From Myxococcales bacterium (GTDB lineage: Bacteria; Myxococcota_A; UBA9042; JABWCM01; BTVJ01), in the NCBI GenBank assembly GCA_045863395.1, contig BTVJ01000027.1, positions 1 through 64,000 on the forward strand: 64,000 bases of DNA, in the 5' to 3' direction. Below, piece after piece: positions 58,807 to 64,000 of this stretch. Numbering within the stretch: the first letter of the stretch is position 1; each line of letters opens with the position of its first letter. Both the position numbers and the translations under genes were made by a program. The notes under the pieces were generated by a model that did not search any database, was not told the origin of the DNA, and worked only from the letters and a program-made list of their open reading frames with translations.

Positions 58807-61800
58807 TCACGGCCCGGCGCACCCGCTGAGCGCGGCGCACTCGGTGGCGCAGCGGCTGGCGCACGCGGCGTCCCAGGCGATGTAGCAGCAGAACACGTCC
58901 GCCTCGCACACGCAGGCCTCGCACGGGCAGCCGTCGCACCCGGCCCCCTCCAGAGGCGTGCAGCCCTCGGCGGGGACAGGCACGCACGACCCCGACGCGC
59001 AGGCGTTGCCGTCCGCGCAGTCGCCGCAGGACGCGCCGCAGCCGTCGTCACCGCACTCCTTGCCCTTGCACCCGCAGCCGCCACACTCGGCCCCCTTGTC
59101 GTCGCAGCAGTCGTGGAGGCTCGCGCACAGGGCGTCGCAGTAGCACCCGCCGGGGGACATGCCACCGCACTGGCTCTTGCAGGTCGGGTCGGCGTTCTTG
59201 CAGATGGCGGCGTAGTCCGGGCAGCAGTCGCCGTACCCGGTGCAGGCGTTGTCGCACCAGCAGCCTGCGGGGGACTGGCCCCCGCAGGCGCCCTCGCACG
59301 ACGCCGGCGGCGGGCCGGCGGCGCACAGGGCGGCGTAGTCGGGGCAGCAGTCGCCGTACCCGGTGCAGGCGTCGTCGCACCAGCACCCGTCCGGTGACTG
59401 GCCGCCGCACGCGCCGGCGCACGAGGGCAGCGGCATGACGCAGGCGCCCCCGTCGCAGGACGCGCCGTCGGGGCAGGCGCCGCAGCTCCCGCCGCAGCCG
59501 TCGTCGCCGCAGAGCTTCGCGGCGCAGTCGGGGACGCAGGCGGCCAGGGGGGCGGCGAGGGGAGCCGCCTTCGGTGCGCCCGGGGCCTCCTCGCAGATCA
59601 GGCGCCGCGGGACGGCGCAGTCGAGATCGTTCCAGGCGCCGTTCGCGTACATCTCGGTGCAGTCCTCGTTGCCGCCCCAGTCGTTGGGTTCACCCCCGGC
59701 GAAGCCCCAGAAGCCCGGCGTGGTGCCGTTCACCCACACGAACACGCCCTCGGTGGCCAGGTCGGACAGGCCGATCCAGTGGCTGTTGGAGGCGACCCCG
59801 GGAGCATTGGTCCGCAGCCAGTCGCGCTCCTGCACCGTCTCGATGGACACCAGGTCCGCGCCGAGGGCCTGGCAGTGCTCCCGGCCCGCCTGCCAGGAGC
59901 GCGGGGTCGTGCACACCAGGTAGCGCGTCGCGCCCCAGTACACCTCGGTCCAGTCGGGGCAGCCCGCGCCGTCATCTGCGACGCCGCTACAGTCCTGGTC
60001 GACGCCGTCGCCACAGAGGTCCTCCGCGCCGGGGTGGATGCTCGGGTCCCCATTGTCGCAGTCCGACGTGCACGGGTAGCCGTCCCCGTCGGGGTCCGGC
60101 GAGCCCGACACCAGGCACGAGAACGTGTTGCTCGCGTCCGCCTGCCGCTTCGCCAGGAAGTCGACGGTCCCCTGCACCGCGGAGGCGACCTGTGCCGTGC
60201 TGTATGGCTTGCGCGGGTCCGCCTCCACCCAGGGCTTGAGGAAGGCCGCCACCGACTTGGCGTACGCTCCGAGGTGCAGCGGAGGCACTGCGGCCACCAG
60301 CGTCGCCATCTGCTGGTCGTAGGCTTGCCGGCACGGCCAGGTCTCCATGCACCGCTTGAACAGCAGGCCGTTGCCCCCGTGGAAGTCCAAGTGGGAGCCG
60401 AAGGTCTGGTCCGTGCCGCTGGTCAACATGGCGAAGCGCCCGTCCGCGTCGCTGTGCAGGTAGTAGTTGTTGATGGTCGGCGCGTAGCCGTCCCAGTGGC
60501 CCGTGTAGATCTCCGCCGCCCACAGCAGGCGCAGCTCGTCCAGGTCGGCGACCGCCCCCACCGCGTCGAGCCACGCCTGGCCTGCCGGCTTGGCGGCCGC
60601 CGCGATCAGCGCCTCCAGGTCCGACAGGTCCGTGGCGTCCCCCTCGTCCAGGTCGAACTGCGGCGCGGCCCCAGGCGTCACGTCCAGCCCATAGCCGCCT
60701 TCGTACAGGTGCTGCGTCGAGGGAAAGTGCTTGGCGGTGAACACGTCGTCGTAGGTCTCCAGGTTGAGATAGAGGCCGTAGTCGCGGTTGTTGAGCCGCA
60801 CCCAGGCGTAGCCCGTCCGTGAGGCGGGCAGCCCGACCTCCCGCATCAACGCGTAGGACAGGACCTCATGCACCATGGAGGTGTCCTGCACCATGTTGTT
60901 GAGGGTCAGCTTCTTGAGCCCGATCCACTTGGTGCCCTTGACCTTGTGGTTGAACTTGACCTTGAAGGCCGCCTTCTCGTTCAGCGTGCGGAAAGAGCCG
61001 ATGCGCCCCTTGAGCCGCACACCGACGTCCAACACGGGCGACGTGTACCCGTCCAGAGTGACCCGGATGCGCCCGTCCACATAGGTGTACGGGTCCTGCC
61101 ACAGCGCCTTGAGGCCGGCGGCGTCCACCCACAGGTCCACCTCGGCGACCCGCATGGGGTCGTAGAGCACGGCCTGCAGGTCCACCAGCGGCTCGTTGAG
61201 CGCGCCGGGGGTCGGCGACGTCTCCGTCCACGGGCCCGCGCCGTCGGGCAGGCGGCCCAGCGTCGCGCCGTCGGGGAGCACCGGCACCGCGACCTGGTCC
61301 AGGGTGCTGCCGTCCGGCCCGAGGAGCCAGATGGTGTCATCTCCGCACTTGATACCGAAGGGGAGGCCGCCAGCGCCGCCGGGCACGAGGAGCAGGCCCT
61401 CCTCGGACGTCACGCTGCCAGCCGGCAGGGTCCAGGTCTTGGAGGCGTCCCCCGGGGCATCGGACAGTCTGAGGCCCCCGAGGTCGACGCCAGGAGCCGC
61501 GGCCAGCTCGATCCAATCGTCCCCCGAGCACTGGACCTCGTTGAGGGTCGCCTCCGGGGGCGCAGCGGTGTCGCCACCGGCGTCGGTCGCCTCCGTGGCG
61601 TCGCTGGCGTCCTCGCTGCCCCCGACGTCGCCAAGGGCGTCGCCAAGGGCGTCGCCGCCAGGAGCGTCGCCCGCGCTGTCGCCCGGAGCGTCCCCCGCGT
61701 CGTCGCCCGTGGGCGTGTCCGCTGCCTCTCCATCTGCGAGGTCGCTGTCAGGCAGAGTCGCGCCGGTGTCCCCGTCGCTAGCGCCCCCGGCGCCGGCGTC

Positions 61801-61989
61801 GCTGATCGCTGCACCGTCCTGCTCCGGCGCGCTGTCCCAGGCGCCGAGGTCCGCCGGCGCAGCCGAGCCGTCGCCCGGAGGCCCCTCGGCGTCCCCTACG
61901 TCGTCTCCACCCGCCACCCCCTCGGGTGCCCCCGCGTCGTCACCGCAGCCCAAGAGCACCACCACCGCGCACCACACCAGCCTTCGCAC
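58807..61989 (-). CDS. CotH-family kinase lipoprotein with lamin-tail, C-type lectin and somatomedin-B-like Cys-rich domains
   Basis: LLGC lipobox; NEV...DWIEL; GVRLKG, LTLNN, YGLY..LE, HWDGY...NNYYL; WIGLSD..TEG...EPND...EDC..WND; CWCD..C..YGDCC.DY repeats. Confidence 0.88.
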   Translation of the reverse strand: MRRLVWCAVVVLLGCGDDAGAPEGVAGGDDVGDAEGPPGDGSAAPADLGAWDSAPEQDGAAISDAGAGGASDGDTGATLPDSDLADGEAADTPTGDDAGDAPGDSAGDAPGGDALGDALGDVGGSEDASDATEATDAGGDTAAPPEATLNEVQCSGDDWIELAAAPGVDLGGLRLSDAPGDASKTWTLPAGSVTSEEGLLLVPGGAGGLPFGIKCGDDTIWLLGPDGSTLDQVAVPVLPDGATLGRLPDGAGPWTETSPTPGALNEPLVDLQAVLYDPMRVAEVDLWVDAAGLKALWQDPYTYVDGRIRVTLDGYTSPVLDVGVRLKGRIGSFRTLNEKAAFKVKFNHKVKGTKWIGLKKLTLNNMVQDTSMVHEVLSYALMREVGLPASRTGYAWVRLNNRDYGLYLNLETYDDVFTAKHFPSTQHLYEGGYGLDVTPGAAPQFDLDEGDATDLSDLEALIAAAAKPAGQAWLDAVGAVADLDELRLLWAAEIYTGHWDGYAPTINNYYLHSDADGRFAMLTSGTDQTFGSHLDFHGGNGLLFKRCMETWPCRQAYDQQMATLVAAVPPLHLGAYAKSVAAFLKPWVEADPRKPYSTAQVASAVQGTVDFLAKRQADASNTFSCLVSGSPDPDGDGYPCTSDCDNGDPSIHPGAEDLCGDGVDQDCSGVADDGAGCPDWTEVYWGATRYLVCTTPRSWQAGREHCQALGADLVSIETVQERDWLRTNAPGVASNSHWIGLSDLATEGVFVWVNGTTPGFWGFAGGEPNDWGGNEDCTEMYANGAWNDLDCAVPRRLICEEAPGAPKAAPLAAPLAACVPDCAAKLCGDDGCGGSCGACPDGASCDGGACVMPLPSCAGACGGQSPDGCWCDDACTGYGDCCPDYAALCAAGPPPASCEGACGGQSPAGCWCDNACTGYGDCCPDYAAICKNADPTCKSQCGGMSPGGCYCDALCASLHDCCDDKGAECGGCGCKGKECGDDGCGASCGDCADGNACASGSCVPVPAEGCTPLEGAGCDGCPCEACVCEADVFCCYIAWDAACASRCATECAALSGCAGP

Positions 61990-62180
61990 CGCTCACCTCC
62001 GGGGCCTCGTCGATCTCCCTGCGGACCCTCACCCTACCACAGTGCGCGGCGCCATTCCGCCACTCCAGCGTCGGGTCCATGGTGGCACTCCCCGTGGGGA
62101 GCGCCCCGCGCCACCCAACCCAGGCCAGAGCCTCGGAGACCCGACGGAGGCCAGCGATCCTCTCGTAGTGGGCGGAGCCG

Positions 62181-63740
62181 CTACGAGTCCTGCGACAGCG
62201 TCGCGTCGTACAGCACCTCGCCCGTCGGGCCGTCGGTGAACCGGACGCGGACCGAGTCCGTCGCGGGGTCGAAGGTGAGGGTCGTGGCGCTGTGGTTGTT
62301 GAAGGAGGCGTAGGCGAACTGCTCGGGCGGGTAGACCTCCACCCACGTGGCGGGGTTGTTGTCCGTCAGGAGCACGAGCGGGTTCTGGTTGCTGCCGCCC
62401 GGGCCACCGAGGATCTCCCACATGCGGCGGCGGGGCCCCTCGGTCTCGACCCGCATCACGGCGCCGATGTGGAAATCGCCGCCCAGCCACCAGACGTTGG
62501 TGATGTCGTTGTCGACGATGTGGTCGAGCAGCTCCTCGCGCTGCTTGACGTAGCCTTGCCAGCGGTCGTGCTCGAGCGCCCAGTAGATGTTGAGCTTGGA
62601 GACGGGGACCGAGCTCATCATCACCTTGAAGTGGCACGGGCTGTCGGAGAGCGCCTGCTTCACCCAGGCCATCTGCTCTTTGGAGATGTAGATGTCCTCC
62701 CCGCCGATGGTCTCGGGCTTGCGCTCGCTGCGGCAGTCCATGACGAAGATCTCGACCGTGTGGCCCCAGCGGTAGCTCGCCCAGAAGCGGTCGCCGTCGC
62801 GCCGGGGGACGGGGAGCGCCTCGAAGAAGGAGTCCCGCGCGGCCTGCAGGCGGTCTGGCGGCAGGTCGAAGCGCTGGTCGTTGTTGGCGATCTCGTGGTC
62901 GTCCCAGGTCACGTACAGGCCCGCCGCCGTGAGCAGCTTGCGGTAGTTGGGCTCCGACAGGGTCTGGCGCCAGAGCGCGCGGTACTCCTCCAGGGTGGTC
63001 GCCTCGTCGTTGTAGCTGACGTCGCCCAGGTGGCACATGGCGTCGATGCCCTGGTCCGCCACGAGGCCGATGGCCGTGAACGGCTGCTGCACCCACTTCG
63101 TGCACGACGCGGCGCCGAGGGTCACGGGCGAGAGGTCCCCCGGCGCGGGAGCCATGCGGACCCGGCCGATGGCAGAGCGAGCGGAGAAGGGCGCGCCCGT
63201 GAACAGGGCGTAGCGGTAGACCGTGCCCGGGAGCAGCCCGTCGACGGCCTCCTTCACGTAGCCGTCCTTGCCCGACACCGCGCGGTCGACCGCGAGGGCC
63301 ACGTGCCCGGGCGAGGCGCCGTCGCGCCACATGCGGAGCGTGCCCTCCCCGATGCCGCAGACCAGCGCCGTGCCCGCGCCCACTGCGCCCGCCGAGACCC
63401 CCACGGGGAACAGCGCGGGGTCCTCCGGGACGGCGTCTGGATCGAAGGCGGTCTCCACGGCCCCGTCGTCCGGCGGAGATCCCGGAGCATCCGTCGTGCT
63501 GTCGGTCGCGCCGTGCGTGTCCGCGCCCGTGGTCGTGTCGCCGTCTGCGCCCGCCGCGTCCGCGCCCGGCTCGCCCGCCGAGGTCCCGTCCGCCCCGCCG
63601 TCGCAGCCCAGCGCCCCGAGCAGCGGAACCGCGACCGCCGCCTCGATGCCCAGCGCCAGGAAGGTGCGCCGATCCAGGGAGCCCTCGCCAGCCCCTCGGC
63701 CTCGCCCCGCCCCGATCTCACCACCGGTGCGTCTCTTCAT
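62181..63740 (-). CDS. phoD: PhoD-family alkaline phosphatase (Tat lipoprotein)
   Basis: DRRTFL twin-Arg; ASC, HLGD.SY, WDDHE, D.W.GY, GDFH. Confidence 0.88.
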   Translation of the reverse strand: MKRRTGGEIGAGRGRGAGEGSLDRRTFLALGIEAAVAVPLLGALGCDGGADGTSAGEPGADAAGADGDTTTGADTHGATDSTTDAPGSPPDDGAVETAFDPDAVPEDPALFPVGVSAGAVGAGTALVCGIGEGTLRMWRDGASPGHVALAVDRAVSGKDGYVKEAVDGLLPGTVYRYALFTGAPFSARSAIGRVRMAPAPGDLSPVTLGAASCTKWVQQPFTAIGLVADQGIDAMCHLGDVSYNDEATTLEEYRALWRQTLSEPNYRKLLTAAGLYVTWDDHEIANNDQRFDLPPDRLQAARDSFFEALPVPRRDGDRFWASYRWGHTVEIFVMDCRSERKPETIGGEDIYISKEQMAWVKQALSDSPCHFKVMMSSVPVSKLNIYWALEHDRWQGYVKQREELLDHIVDNDITNVWWLGGDFHIGAVMRVETEGPRRRMWEILGGPGGSNQNPLVLLTDNNPATWVEVYPPEQFAYASFNNHSATTLTFDPATDSVRVRFTDGPTGEVLYDATLSQDS

Positions 63741-63753
63741 GCTCCCGCCTCGC

Positions 63754-64000
<247 letters not shown>

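Overview
A very GC-rich bacterial window, most likely Myxococcota. That call is inferred from the many large Cys-rich lipoproteins with CDDGDPCTxD repeats and Gly/Asp/Thr linkers. Core content is a complete, translationally coupled class I (ATP-dependent, Thauera-type) benzoyl-CoA reductase operon (had-oah-dch-bcrCBAD-SDR-GNAT). Also present: a Gld-like ABC system with a DUF4340 partner, an MBOAT/SGNH acylation pair, a Phd-VapC toxin-antitoxin module, a YgfK-like protein, PhoD, a CotH-type kinase, DsbA and the 3' end of pgm. About 15.3-22.3 kb is a decayed accessory island bracketed by a duplicated SDR'-GNAT segment. It holds a 164-bp MITE (second copy at 47.8 kb), xis/integrase relics, a nonsense-inactivated IS3-family element, an IS91-type fragment, an orphan ablB-like gene with an amidohydrolase, and a broken DUF692-type RiPP locus. 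The best candidates for undescribed systems are: (1) two adjacent lipoproteins sharing a C-terminal monoheme cytochrome c domain, one fused to a group I truncated globin and the other to eight Cys/His-rich repeats; (2) an Afp15/Pvc15-like AAA+ ATPase coupled to a JAB-motif protein and a small immunity-like lipoprotein; (3) a Tat lipoprotein with an unusual leader upstream of a radical SAM/SPASM enzyme. All family assignments come from motif recognition by eye; no database searches were run.
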